Below are positions 36,041 through 48,954 of a DNA stretch of 60,172 nucleotides, piece after piece. Source of the stretch: Chiloscyllium plagiosum. Lineage: Eukaryota. A program made the position numbers and the translations under genes. The notes under the pieces are model-generated. The model was not told where the DNA came from, made no database searches, and saw only the letters and a program-made list of their open reading frames with translations. The stretch covers positions 24,636,569 through 24,696,740 of the forward strand of contig NC_057749.1 in assembly GCF_004010195.1 (NCBI RefSeq). The letters are read 5' to 3'. Every line of letters starts with the position of its first letter. Position 1 is the stretch's first letter.

Positions 36041-36354
36041 ATGAATTGGCCTGGAAGAGGCACTGGTGAGCTACCTTCTTGAACTGCTACAGTCCATGGT
36101 ACCAAGGAGGCAGTTCACTGTTATGTCTTGTCACTATGTCAATATACCTCTGAGGCACATGCTCGTGATAACATCTCTGTATCATAGCAGGTGACTTGAG
36201 CGTATAAAGATTGACTGCACTGACTGAGCATGTGCACTGGTATGTTTTATAAATAAAGTTTCAAATAGGATGCCCCATAGAAAGCATTCTATCTGGATGC
36301 ATGATGACTTGGTATGGCAGTTGCTCTGCCCAGGACTGTAAGAAACTACAGAGA

Positions 36355-37250
36355 GCTGTCTACTACTCAAACCAACCTTCCATTCACTGACACCATCTAC
36401 ACTTCTCACTGCCTCAGGAAGGCAGCCAACATCATCAATGGCCCCTCCCATCCCAGTTATAATCTCTCCCAACCTCTTCTGTCAGGCAGACGATACAAAA
36501 ACTTAAATACACAAACCATTAGATTCAGGAACCACTTCTTCCCCGCTGTTATCAGACTTCTCTATGAGGTTGTACAGGACATTAGTGAGGCCTCTTCTGG
36601 AGCACTGTGTCCAGTTCTGGTCTCCCTGTTAAGGATATTATTAAACTGGAGAGGGTTCAGAAAAGATTTACCAGGATATTGCCAGGAATAAAAGGTGTGA
36701 GTTGTTAAGAAGAGGCTGGATAGGCTGGGACTTTTTTCACTGGAGGTTGAGAGGTGACCTTATAGAGGTTTATAAATTCATGAGGGATATAGATGAGGTG
36801 AATGGCAAGTGTCTTTTCCCTAAGGTGGGGGATTTCAAGACCAAGGGGAATATGTTTAAGATGAGAGGAGAAAGATTTTAAAAAAAGACATGCAGGGCAA
36901 TTGTTTTACACAGAGTGGCTCACATGTGGAATGAACTGCCAGAGGAAGTGGTGGATGCAGGTACAGTTACACTGTTTAAAAGACATTTGGATAAGGACAT
37001 GAATAAAAAATGTTTGAAGGGATATGGGCCAGGAGCAGGCAGGTGGGACTAGCTTAGTTTGGGATTATGGTCGGCATGGGCTGGTTGGACCGAAGGGTCT
37101 GTTTCTGTGCTGTGTGACTCTGTGACTCCCAAATTTTAAATTTAAGCTGATCTCACTCTTTGTGCACCCTCTCTACAGCCACAATGTTGTATTCCTCACT
37201 CTGTTCTATAACCCTGATGCACTTTGTATGGTATGACCCGCCTGTACTGA
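36355..37250 (+). mobile_element. Rex1/Babar-type LINE 3' end split by CR1
   Basis: KAANIINGPSHP...SGRRYK...FFPAVIRLL; 3' UTR resumes at about 37135. Confidence 0.8.
36563..37128 (+). mobile_element. CR1 3' fragment
   Basis: ORF2 C-terminus, UTR, tgtgactc tail. Confidence 0.9.
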
Positions 37251-38074
37251 TGCTGTTTTAATGAATTACCACACTGGGCTCCAGAAATAAGCGCTTAGAC
37301 GGTACAATGTTTCTTTTAATTTTCAGTAGTCAGTGTAGTACATTGCGCATGTGTGTGTGTTCATGGGCAGTCAGCAACTATTGATGGTGCACGGGTGTCA
37401 GCAAACAGATTCATAAAGATCTCCGACTCCATCTTAACTGGGATTACTTGAGGCATGATATACCTCTGGAAGCAGGCTTCTCTATGCTGCTCTTTCCAAT
37501 CCAATAAAGTTAGCCCAGAAACTGCGAATGTGATATATGATAATAAATATCTGTTGGATTCTTCAATATCCATGTTTAGTTTCTTATGTTGTGGGGAATA
37601 ACATAAGTATTGCCATATCAGGTAAGATGTAATGCTGGAGGCAAAATTGCATTAGTTTATGCTTTTTTATGTTAAAAGCACACTGGAAGACTCTAGTGAA
37701 TGTGTTCAGTAAATGAGCTCCATGTTAAATTAAAACTAAATTAGGATCTACTAAGACAAGATCTGCTTTTAAGGTATGATTTGTCCGGCTGAATTCGGAA
37801 CACCTACAAGCATTGTACTAAACATGCTGGGCACCCTCTCAAATGTTCTGGCATCTTTTTGAACACCAGGCGGCTGAATTTGGACACAGGTTTCAAGCTG
37901 AGAGTTATAAGAATTTGGCCGGCACAACTGACTTCACTTAAACATCTGCCACTAAAGGAAATGGATCAAAATTATGTTAATTTGTTTAAGGTTGAGATAA
38001 AATGCAAATGCTACATTTCAATGTCCTCTAAAAGGCTAGAATGTGATAATTACTTGGCATAAAAATGAAATGTT

Positions 38075-38390
38075 GAATCCCTGCAGAGTGGAAGTAGGCC
38101 ACTCAGCTTATCAAGTCCACCAAACCTCCTCAGAGCAACCTAACCTATCCCTGTAACCCTGTATCTCCCATGGCTGACCCACCTGGCCTGGATATCTCTG
38201 GCCACTATGGGACAATTTCCCATGGACAATCCACCCAACCTGCACATACAGAGTCATCTTTGCACTAAAACTGGAGTGCAGACACATGGGGAATGTGCAA
38301 ACTCCACACAATCACCCAAGGGTGGAATTGAGCCCAGCTCCCTGGTGCTGTGAGGTAGAAGTGCTAACCACTGAACCACCGTCCTGCCCT
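38075..38390 (-). mobile_element. HE1-type SINE
   Basis: Reverse-complement motifs. Confidence 0.8.
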
Positions 38391-38524
38391 ATTTAGGGGG
38401 ATACAGGAGCCAAGTAAAGGGGAATGGAAACTTGGGTCGAAGTGTGATGCCCGCTCTCAGTCAAGGATAAAGCCAGCACCTCAAAGTGACTCCCATCCAG
38501 TTCTTTTAGTAGGAGATTTTAAAA

Positions 38525-38850
38525 ACTTCTTTCACAGGATTATGAGCCTCACTGGTGAGGTGAGCATTTGTGCTCATGCCTACTTGCCCCTGAACTGAGT
38601 TGTTTGTGAGGCTATTTTGAGGGCAGTTAAGAACCAACCACATTGCTGATAGCGTGGAGTCACAAATAAGGCAGACTGGAGGTAAGGACGGCTCATTAAG
38701 GGCCATTTGTGAACCAGATGGGTTTAGACAACAGCAAGTGACAGTTTCACGATCACCGCTAATCAGGCAAGCATTTTGTTCCAGGTTTAAATTCCACCAG
38801 TTGCTGTGGGTAGGAATTCTGCTCATGCACTCAACCCATCAGTCTGAGCC
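38525..38850 (-). mobile_element. SINE-X, degenerate
   Basis: gagggcagttaagaaccaaccacattgctg. Confidence 0.65.
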
Positions 38851-38994
38851 TTTGGATGGATCGTCTGCTGTCTGTCCCCATTTTTGTTTTAAATGCACTG
38901 CTATCTTTTGTGAGATTGTAAACTGAAGGGATCAGCTATCCATCTGAAGGCAAACCCTATAGTTAATTGACATAACTGCCCTGACCTCTTTTCC

Positions 38995-39330
38995 TTCAAT
39001 TTCAAATATCGTCTCTCCCTATCGCCCGACTCCCTTTCCGGGCCTGCCCCCTCCCTTCCACTGCTTCCCTGCCACCAGCCAGATCCAATCCCTCCCACTG
39101 ACCAACCAGGTCGTACCCTCTGCCTGACTTCACCTATTCCCACTTCACCACCCTGACCCCGCCTCTCCCTTTACCTGCAGCTCTGCCCGCACCCACCCCC
39201 AGTCCGGAAGAAGGGGTACACCTGAAACGTTGACTTTTCCACCTCCTGATGCTGCCTGGCTTGCTGTATTCTCCCAGCCTCCTGCCTGTCTACTTTGGAT
39301 TCCAGCATCTGCGGTATTTTTTTTGTCTCT
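38995..39330 (+). mobile_element. PLE family C, longer terminal repeat
   Basis: C-rich leader, then agtc CGGAAGA a gggg tac acct GAAA cgtt gact at 39201-39235. Confidence 0.75.
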
Positions 39331-39821
39331 GGCCTCTTCTACTGTCAGAAGTAACAAGCAGCAAGGTTCAATGTATTAATGGATCATCCTACATTCCTAT
39401 TTTTAGGCATTAATCTATTTTGTACAGCTTAAAACTTATTTCACAGTAACACAGCCATAAATGTAATATGATCAAATTATAGATCTGCACACAAACTTGA
39501 TTGACTGAAGGTTTGGTCCAGACCATTCTAAATGAGCTGGATAATGTAATTTTATTTGTATATTTAAATCAAATACAACCTTCCTTAATGTCTGAAGTTG
39601 ACATCATTGTTCTCATGGAGTAAATAAATTCCATGGCATTTGTGACAGGCTGATATGTGATTGCTGCTTTTTCAGAAAGGGAATCAGGCTATCTAAGAAA
39701 TTTTCATTGGATCTTGGCCAAGCTAAGGTCCAATATGCTTCAGTCAGAATTTGCAATGGACACATGATAAGCTTTAACAGTGCAATAGATAAAATAAATT
39801 CATGTTTCTTCCCAGTTAGCA

Positions 39822-40672
39822 GCATTGTGCCTCAGTGGTCAGCACTGCTACCCCACAGCGCCTGGGATTTGGGTTCCATTCCAGTCTTGGACAACAGTCC
39901 AAGTAGGGTTTGTTCACTCTGCCTATGTCTGTGTCTGTTTCCTCCCACAGTCTGAAGATGCTGGTGTTGGACGGGGGTGTACAAAGTTAAAACTCACCAG
40001 GTTATAGTCCAACAGGTTTATTTGGAAGTACAGGCTTTCGGAGTGCTGCTCCTTCATCAGGTAGTAGTGGGGCAGGATCATAGGACACAGACTTTATAGA
40101 AAAAGATCAAAGTGCCTTACAACTGATGCGATGTATTGAACAAATCTAGATTGCTGTTAAGTCTTTAATCATTTAGAATGGGGAAGCAGGTTTCGATTCA
40201 TCAACATGTAAATCCCAGAATTTCTTGCAAGTCACATTCCCAAGATAACTTAAGGTTTTATAAAACAAAGATGATATCTCAGCTCAGAAAATGCATTAAA
40301 GTTGTGAGGTTGGAGTCTGTCTGTATTCCAAACTTGAGTCAGACTGGTTCTATTTCCAAAACAAGAATTTATAAAATGTCACATGGACTGACTGCCTACA
40401 GATTGTGTGCTTTCTGAACAAAATAGAATATACCTGGAAATGCACATTCACCCCATAGATGTATATGTGCATGAGTGAGAGAGAGAGTATGTGGGTGTAA
40501 TGGAGTATATGCCTGTGAGAGGGTGAGCGCACGAATGTGAGTGTGGGGGTGTGTGGTAGGTGGATTAACCATGGGAAAGGCAGGGTCTTGAGATAGGAGG
40601 GTGGATCTGGGTGGGATGTTGCTCAGATGGTCAGTGTGGACTCAATGGGCTGCACTGTAGAAATTCTATGTT
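39822..40672 (+). mobile_element. HE1-type SINE split by a PLE
   Basis: Head at 39822-39957; tail at 40556-40672. Confidence 0.75.
39955..40550 (-). mobile_element. PLE family B, long terminal fragment
   Basis: Reverse-complement homologue of 54225-54500; hammerhead core at 40028-40064 with mutated stem III. Confidence 0.75.
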
Positions 40673-40794
40673 ATTAACTACAACCCACCTCTCCTCCCTG
40701 CTGTTGGCAATCTCAACAGTTTTGCTTGAATCTTGTCCATTAGACAGTGTGCCCCTGCTTTAGGACATCTGGAGCCTGGCTGATCATAAAACCA

Positions 40795-41095
40795 AATAGA
40801 ATCCCTACAGTGTGGAAGCAGGCCATTCAGCCCATTGGGCATCCCACACAGATCAACCCTATAAACCTGCATTTCCCATGGCCAATCCACCCAGCCTGGA
40901 CACTATGGAGCAATTTCCCATAGCCAAACCACCTAACCTGCAAATCTTTGGACTGTGGGAGGAAACTGGAGCACCCGGAGGGGACCCGCACAGACACAGG
41001 GAGAATATGCAAACTCTACACAGACAGTCATCCAAGGTTGGAATTGAACCCAAGTCCCTGGCACTGTGAGGCAGCAGTGCTAACCACTGAGCCAT
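40795..41095 (-). mobile_element. HE1-type SINE
   Basis: Reverse-complement motifs. Confidence 0.85.
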
Positions 41096-41399
41096 CTTTG
41101 ATGATTCAATGTTGTTCTGGGAGATGTGAATTGTGGCGTCCATCCCAATGCAACGTTGGCTGTTGATTCCATTCGCAAGTGTCAGGGGGAAGGGTTGTCA
41201 TGCAGATTAGCACAAGCCCAACTGAGTGTTTCCAACCTGGCTTGACTCCATGAACAATAGCCAACTTACATAGAATGCACAGCAGCAATGCACTTTCTCA
41301 GTCTGTGAATGCCGCACCATTTTCAGATGGGCTGGAGCTTGATGCTTTTCCCATTTCAAGGGAGGACATGGCTAAAGTGATTCTTAGCAAAAAAAAATC

Positions 41400-41995
41400 A
41401 TGCATGGGATGCAAGAGCAGCACTGGTTTTCCATCCACAATTGCCCAAAGGACAGCTAAGAGTCAACCACATTGCTGTGGGTCTGGAGTCAGCCATAGGC
41501 CGGACCAGGTAAGGGTGGCACATTTCTCTCCAAAAGGGCATTAGTGAAACCCAGTTGAGTTTTTACATCAATCGACAATAGTTACATAGTCTCCATTACC
41601 GTAACGTTATGTTTTTAATGAATCCAAATTTCACCATCTGCCGTGATGGGATTCAAATCCAAGTCATCAGCATCTGAAAATGACTCATACTGGTGTTGAA
41701 ACGTTAACTCTGTTTTTCTCTCTCTCTCTCTCTCCACGGATACTGCCAGACCTGCTGAGGTTTTCCAGCAATTTCCTGAGTTTGATTCCCCAGAACATCA
41801 GCTTGACCTTCTGGGTAATTAGGTGGAAGGGGGTACTGCAGAAACTGGGGATTAGAGTCAAGATTAGAGTGGTGCTGGAAAAGCACAGCAGGTCAGGCAG
41901 CATCCGAGGAGTCGGCAAATAAATGTTTCGGGCAAAAGCCCTTCATCAGGAATCAACCATTCTGGATAATTAGTGCAGTGACGTTACTGCTATTT
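41400..41995 (-). mobile_element. SINE-X interrupted by PLE family D (41668-41778) and family A (41855-41953)
   Basis: aagagtcaaccacattgctgtgggtctggagtc; gaaacgttaactctg; tttcgggcaaaagcccttcatcagg. Confidence 0.7.
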
Positions 41996-42037
41996 CGACA
42001 TCTCTGCCTGTCAAACTCTGTATATGTGGTTCATGTT

Positions 42038-42215
42038 GAAAATCACACAACACCAGGTTAAAGTCCAACATGCTTTATTTGGAAGAATGACAGAGCGCTG
42101 CTCCTTCATCAGGTGGTTGCGGAGCAGTGTTCTGAAAGCTAGTGCTTCCAAATAAGCCTGTTGGACTATAACCTGGTGTTGTGTGATTTTAAACTTTGTC
42201 CACCCCAGTGCAACA
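42038..42215. mobile_element. PLE family B fold-back
   Basis: Inverted arms; flanks tatgtggttcatg / tatgtggctcatg. Confidence 0.8.
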
Positions 42216-42669
42216 TTGGCTCCCCCTATCTATGTGGCTCATGGAATTGAGAGGGACAGAACGAGAGAGGAGACTGTCAAGGGCCGGGCCTGTGATGAAA
42301 ATGAAACTAAACATCAACAACTTGCATTTATTCGACATATATGATACCAACCAGAATTTCCACTGAACTGGGCAGACAGATATTAAATCAAAGAAATAGG
42401 TTTTAAGGAGCATCGTAGAGGAGGATGAGGCATTCTTGAACTTAAGGCCTACTTAGCCAAAGACACAACTAACAGTGGAGTAATTAAACTCTAAGAGGCC
42501 AGAATTGAAGTTCTGGGGAGATCTTGGAGAGCTGTAGGGATGGAAGAGGTAACAATGATAGGGAAGGGGAGGGAGGTTGGTAAATGGAGTTACTTAGAAG
42601 CAAGAATGAGAATGTTTTGGCATCACCGGACCATTGCCTCAGGCAATGAGAGGTCTACAGCCCCCTGTC

Positions 42670-42972
42670 GTAGAATCCCCAAAGTGTGGATGTAGGCCAT
42701 TTGACCTTCCAAACAGAATCCCACTCAGACTCATCCCTTTACCCTACCTTTCCCATGGTTAATCCACCTATTCTACACATCTCTGGACACCATGGAGCAA
42801 TTTAGCATGGCCAATTCCCCCAACCTGCACATCTTTAGACTGTGGGAGGAACCCGGAGCGCCTGGAGGAAACCCACGCAGACACGCGGAGAATGTACAAA
42901 CACAACACAGACAGTCATTCAAGAGTGGAATCGAACCCAGGTCCCTGGCGCCGTGACAACACTGAGCCACTG
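42670..42972 (-). mobile_element. HE1-type SINE
   Basis: Reverse-complement motifs. Confidence 0.8.
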
Positions 42973-43726
42973 TATTGTCTTACATTGGTGGTTATACTTA
43001 CACTACCAGCACAGTTCTCTGTTCCTTTCCCCCTTTTCTACTTACCTAGCTTCCCTTTCAATGCATCCATAACATTCACCTCGACCTGAGTTGGCATGTT
43101 CCACATTCTGGTCACTCATGGGGTAAGGAGGTTTCTTCGGATCTTCTTCTTAGTGAAGGTCTTAATCTCCTGATCCTTAGCTCTGGAATCTCTGCCACTA
43201 GGAACATCAGGTGGAAGCCAAGCCCTGAATGACATTGGTGATAAATCTAGCAGAATCGTGTGAGAGGTCAAACGAGGTGCTGTGAGCAACGAGAGGACAG
43301 TGACTGAGATTGGTTTCCCTTCAGTGGAAGTTAGCTCTCCACTGTCTCAGAGTGTGATGGTCCTCCATTCTAACTACACACTCTACCCAGCACATTGGAC
43401 CTACAAGAGTATTGTGCTAATACTTGCTGACTGGACACGAGACACACACATTGCTGTCCAAGCCAATTGATTCTGGAGGTAAAAGAAGAAAGACTAGTCT
43501 AGAAAAGAGAGACAGAGGTGTGAATAATTTTAGTCACGTCGAGGAGGTCATTTCATCATGAAATAACAGTGGTACAGAATGAGCAAACTTTATATTTGCT
43601 GGGATTTTGTGCCACTGTGAATTCAGAACAAATGTCATATGTAATTAAATTAAAGGCAGAAACAAGACTGGGCCATACAGATATAACAGTAGTTGAATTG
43701 TGCATTGTTTTCATGCTTAGGATCTT

Positions 43727-44025
43727 TAGATTAGATTGCTTACAGTGTGGAAACAGGCCCTTCGGCCCAACAAGTCCACACCGACCTGCCGAAGCACGAC
43801 CCACCCAGACCCATTCCCCTACATCTACCCCTTCACCTAACACTATGGGCAATTTGACTTTTCCAATTCACCTTATCTGCACATTTTTGGACTGTGGGAG
43901 GAAACCCACACAGACAAGGGGAGAATGTGCAAACTCCACACAGAGAGTCGCCTGAGGCGGGAATTGAACCCAGGTCTCTGGTGCTGTGAGGCAGCAGTGC
44001 TAACCACTGTGCCATCGTGCTGCCC
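43727..44025 (-). mobile_element. HE1-type SINE
   Basis: Full length, low divergence. Confidence 0.9.
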
Positions 44026-44701
44026 CAATCTCCGAATACAAATATGTTTAGCTTGTTTCAAATTGATTGCTCCTCTGGTCTTTATACTCCCTCTAACTTG
44101 TAAGATAAATAGCCGCATGACCAGGCACAGAGCGGTAGATTAGTGTTCCCATGGAAACTGAGGTCAAAGGACACCTGGGAAGAGAACAAAGATGCATTTT
44201 GCATCGATGAGAGTCACAATGACCTTGTGGGAGAGGAGGTGGGGTTGGAGATGGAGAGAAAGAGGTAAAGGGCATTTCTCAGTTGGCCCTATCTAGTTCC
44301 AACTTGAGAAAGGTGAATTGGTGAGGGTTAGCCACAGGATACATCTGTTTCAGTGTTTGAAATACAGGTAAATTGACGTCTAATTGCTAAAAGCAGCAAG
44401 AGGTGGATCTCAGTGCTAAATTTTCAACTGACATGATTCAAAGACAGAGTCCACTGGTAACAGCTGCGATAATGCTGAAGAGAGTCCAGATTGCAAAACA
44501 GTTCAGATTGCAGGAATGTGATACTGTGCAGGCTTGAAATAATGATAATACTTAGTAATCGGTTCTCAAAGGCATCACACTTAACCTTGCCTCCATGGTT
44601 GGTGCAATTTTCCGAACGTGCACACTGAGGTGTCTGAAAGCTGTCAGGAAAGTTCCCAGTCCAGAGATTTGACCAATCAAATCAAAGGTTATACCAGTAC
44701 A

Positions 44702-45133
44702 GAGGGAGTGCTCCACTGTCCCGGAGAGTTAAGCTCAATTTTAACACACTGAGGGAGTGCTGCACTGTCCGTGATAGTTAAAATCAATGCTACCACATTG
44801 AGGGAGTGCTGCACTGTCCCGGATAGATAAGATCAATATTACCGCATTGAGGGAGTGCTGCACTGTCCCTGAGAGTTAAAATCAATACACCCGCAATGAG
44901 GGAGTGCTGCACTGTCCCGGATAGTTAAGATCAATATTACCGCATTGAGGGAGTGCTGCACTGTCCCTGATAGTTAAAATTAATACTACTACATTGAGGG
45001 AGTGCTGCACTGTTCCGGATAGATGAGATCAATATTACCGCATTGAGGGAGTGCTGCACTGTCCCTGAGAGTTAAAAACAATACTACCGCATTGAGGGAG
45101 TGCTGCACCTGTCCCTGAGAGTTAAAATCAATA
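44702..45133 (+). repeat. 49-bp minisatellite, 9 units (a 10th at 47123)
   Basis: gagggagtgctgcactgtcc at 44702, 44751, 44800, 44849, 44898, 44947, 44996, 45045, 45094. Confidence 0.95.
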
Positions 45134-47121
45134 GTTATACTTCAGTATCCTTTTATTTCTCTTCTCATTCCGCTTTGGTCTCGGTGGATCTCGGCCTGCT
45201 TTCCCAAGAAGTTGTGATGGGTCTCTGCCTCGTCTCTCAGTGACTTGTGATGGGTCTCAGCCTGGTCTCCCAGTGACTGTGATGGGTGTGAGTCTGGTCT
45301 CCCAGTGACTGTGATGGGTGTGAGTCTGGTCTCCCAGTGACTGTGATGGGTGTGAGGCTGGTCTCCCAGTGAGTTGAGATGGGTGTGAGCCTGGTCTCCC
45401 AGTGAGTTGTGATGGATCTCAGCCTGGACTCCAGTGACTTGTGATGGGTCTCAGCCTGGTCTCCCAATGAGTTGTGATGGGTCTCAGCCTGGTCTTCCAG
45501 TGACTGGGATGTGTCTCAGCCTGGTCTCCCAGTGAATTGTGCTGAGCCTAAGCCTGGTCTCCCAGCGAATTGTGATGGGTCTCAGCCTGGTCTCCCAGTG
45601 AGTTGTAATGTGTCTCAGCCTGGTCTCCCAGTGACTATGGGTGTGAGCCTGGTCTCCCAGTGACTGTGATGGGTCTCAGCCTGGTCTCCCAGCGAATTGT
45701 GATGGGTCTCAGCCTGGTCTCCCAGTGACTGTGATGGGTGTCAGCCTGGTCTCCCAGTGTCTTGTGATGGGTGTATGTCTGGTCCCCCAGCGAATTGTGA
45801 TGGGTCTCAGCCTGGTCTCCCAGAGGGTTGTGATGGGTCTCAGCCTGGTCTCCGTGTGAGTTGTGATGGGTGTGAGCCTGCTCTCCCAGTGACTTGTGAT
45901 GGGTGTCAGCCTGGTTTCCCAGTGACTGTGATGGGTCTGAGCCTGGTCTCCCAGTGACTGGGATGTGTCTCAGCCTGGTCTCCCAGTGAATTGTGCTGAG
46001 CCTAAGCCTGGTCTCCCAGCGAATTGTGATGGGTCTCAGCCTGGTCTCCCAGTGAGTTGTGATGTGTCTCAGCCTGGTCTCCCAGTGACTGTGATGGGTG
46101 TGAGCCTGGTCTCCCAGTGACTGTGATGGGTCTCAGCCTGGTCTCCCAATGACTGTAATGTGTGTGAGCCTGGTCTCCCAGTGACTGTGATGGGTGTGAG
46201 CCTGGTCTCCCAGTGAGTTGTGATGGGTCTCAGCCTAGTCTCCCAGTGAGTTGTGATGGGTCTCAGCCTGGTCTCCCAGTGAATTGTGATGGGTCTCAGC
46301 CTGGTCTCCTAGTGACTGTGATGGGTGTGAGCCTGGTCTCCCAGTGGTTTGTGATGGGTCTCAGCCTGGTCTCCCAGTGACTGTGATGGGTCTCAGCCTG
46401 GTCTCCCAATGACTGTGATAGGTGTGAGCCTGGTCTCCCAGTGACTGTGATGGGTGTGAGCCTGGTCTCCCAGTGACTGTGATGGGTGTGAGCCTGGTCT
46501 CCTAGTGACTGTGATGGGTGTGAACCTGGCCTCTCAATGAGTTTTGAAGGGTGTGAGCCTGGTCTCCCAGTGGCTCGTCATGTATCCTAGGCTTGCTCTT
46601 CTATTAGCTCATGATGGGTCCTGGCCTGCTGTCCTGGCATTGCATGGTAGCTCTCAGCCCAGTGTCTCGGTGGTATGTTGATTAGTCTCCTGGTGGCTCA
46701 TGCCGGTCTCTCAGCTCAGTGTGTGAGTGGACCCGGCCTGGGAGGAGGCCCCGGGGGGCGCGGAGAGGCTGCATTTTCAGCAGCAGTGCCAATATTTGTG
46801 CCGGTGGTGTTGAGAACAGACAGCAGAAAGAGATAAATGGAGGATTCATCAAAGACTGTTGAACTTTTAACTTATTCCTTTATTCTTCCAGTTTAAACTA
46901 TGAAAGACTTTTAAATAAACTATTACCCATTTCTTTATTTTTCTCCTTATTCTATGAAGTAATGTTTAACTTTTTAACTCTCATTTCTCTTACTATTTTG
47001 TACCTGAGCATTTTTCCTACCGAGGTTCCTTGGTACCTAAGGAACGCCATGTGTGGTGGCATTATATATTTTTCACTGTACTCCTGTACTTGAGTACACG
47101 TGACAATAAAATCTAAAATCT
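45134..47121 (+). mobile_element. Rex-tailed VNTR-containing retroposon
   Basis: Pyrimidine leader, 1.3-kb VNTR, tail ttttcactgtactcctgtacttgagtacacgtgacaataaaatctaaaatct; host array resumes at 47123. Confidence 0.8.
45228..46570 (+). repeat. 32-33-bp minisatellite, about 40 units
   Basis: cagcctggtctcccagtgactgtgatgggtct. Confidence 0.95.
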
Positions 47122-47237
47122 TGAGGGAGTGCTGCACTGTCAGTGATAGTTAAAATCAAGACCCATACTCCAGGATTGCGGGAGTACGGCACTGTCGGTG
47201 ATACCATCTTGCAGATGTGAGATAGAACAAAAAGCAA

Positions 47238-47490
47238 AGAACATAGAAAATTTACAGCCCGGGAACAGGCCCTTTGGCCCTCCAAGCCTGAGCCGATCCA
47301 AAACCACTGTCTAAATCTATTGCCAATTCCTAAGTATCTGTGCCTCTCTTCCCCACCTACTCCTGCATCTGTCCAGGCGCATCTTAAATGAATCTACCGT
47401 TCCTGCCACTACTACCTCTGCTGTTCCAGGCACCTACCAACCTCTGTGTAAAGTACTTGCCGTGTATATCCCCCTTATACTTTTCACCTG
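47238..47490 (-). mobile_element. CR1 3' end (another subfamily)
   Basis: gaacatagaaaatttacagcccgggaacaggccc UTR. Confidence 0.75.
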
Positions 47491-47884
47491 TCATCTGAGT
47501 GGATCAAGATCTTTTGACCCACTCAGTTAGGCACAAAAGGTAATGCGGAGCTTTTCTGAAAAGGAACATGGGTGTTTTCATTGGTGTCCTGGTCAATCAT
47601 TGTTCCTCAACTAACCCCACAGAAATAGATTATCCAGTCATCATCATGTTGCTGTTTCTGGGAGCTTGCTATACCACCCACCTCTACAACACTCAGAATA
47701 CTTTGCTGGCTTCAGCGTCTTCAAGTCTTTCTTCCTTTTATTGTACCATCTTTCTTGGAAGAATATGTCCCTGACTGAAAGAATCTGCTTTAGAGGGTTC
47801 AGGGTACAGGGCTGATGCTGATGTGACTGGTTTTCCTGCAGTCTATGGACACACCTCCAGCAGCTGATGTATTCAGGACTTGCA

Positions 47885-48225
47885 TCATAGAATCCCTACA
47901 GTGTGGAAACAGGCCATTTGGCTCAACAAATTCCCAATGTCCCTCTGAAGTAACCCACACAGACCCACTCCCCTACCCTCGTACTCTACATTTACCTCTG
48001 ACTAACCTACACATCCCTGAACATTATGGGCAAGTTAGCATGGCCAATTTACCCTAAACTGCACACCTTTGTGATTGTGAGAGGAAACCAGAGCACCCGG
48101 AGGAAACCCACAGACAGGGGGAGAATGTGCAAACTCCACACAGACAGTCACCCGAGGCTGGAATCAAACCCAGGTCCCTGGTACTGTGAGGCAGTAGTGC
48201 TAACCACTGAGACAATGTGCCACCC
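47885..48225 (-). mobile_element. HE1-type SINE
   Basis: Reverse-complement motifs. Confidence 0.85.
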
Positions 48226-48519
48226 TGGACTTAGGAAGAAAGCTTTGGTTTTTGAAAGATCCCAAGTCTGCAAACTTCAAAATCTGGACAGGATTGCATC
48301 CCGCTGATCTATCCAATGAACAGGTTTATAGTTAAAATGCTTGTTGTATTAAAGACATCCGAATTATAATCCATCCTCATTTTCCAACTCGGATTGTCAG
48401 GCTATTGTAGAAGCTGCAAGGGTATCATTCGGTTGAACGCATTGTTGGATCATCTCAATCTCTCTGTTACCATTTGGATGGCAATGCTGGTGAGTTCTAC
48501 AGAGGCTGAGTGATTTCAT

Positions 48520-48830
48520 TCAACGTCTAGAGTAGAAGGAGGCCATTCAGTCCATAGAGTCTGCGCCAACCCTCCAAAGAGCATCCCACCCAATCCCTGT
48601 AACTCTGCATTTCCCATGGCTAACCCACACACAACGGGGCAATTTAGCATAGCCAATCCACCTAACCTGCACATCTTTGGACTGTGGGAGGAAACTGGAG
48701 CCCCTAGAGGAAACCCATGTAAAAGCAGGGAGAATATGCAAACTCTACACAGCCGCCCGAGGGTGGAATCAAACCTGGGACCCTGGCGCTGCGAGGTAAC
48801 AGTGCTAACCTCTGAGCCACAGTCCTGCCC
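48520..48830 (-). mobile_element. HE1-type SINE
   Basis: Reverse-complement motifs. Confidence 0.85.
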
Positions 48831-48954
48831 CATTTGTCCTGTCAGAAGATGGGAATTACCATCTCCTTGTCAATCCAACCCCACGTCCTCCACTGACAGC
48901 AGGGCCTCCACCCAGTTCTGCCTGGGCGTGGATTTGGAACCCACGACCTTGCTG

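Larger units (their letters stand above)
44620..47680 (+). mobile_element. DeuSINE-type relic expanded by a minisatellite and two nested insertions
   Basis: Head at ~44620-44700, gagggagtgctgcactgtc motif, continuation at 47178-47225 and 47490-47680 (agattatccagtcatcatcatgttgctgtttctgggagcttgct). Confidence 0.6.

Noticed and set aside
37361..37573. 70-aa ORF in unique DNA
   Set aside because: No recognisable domain or convincing exon boundaries
44702..45133. CRISPR-like appearance (constant 20-mer at fixed spacing)
   Set aside because: The intervening sequences are near-identical, so it is a tandem repeat; vertebrate context and no cas genes
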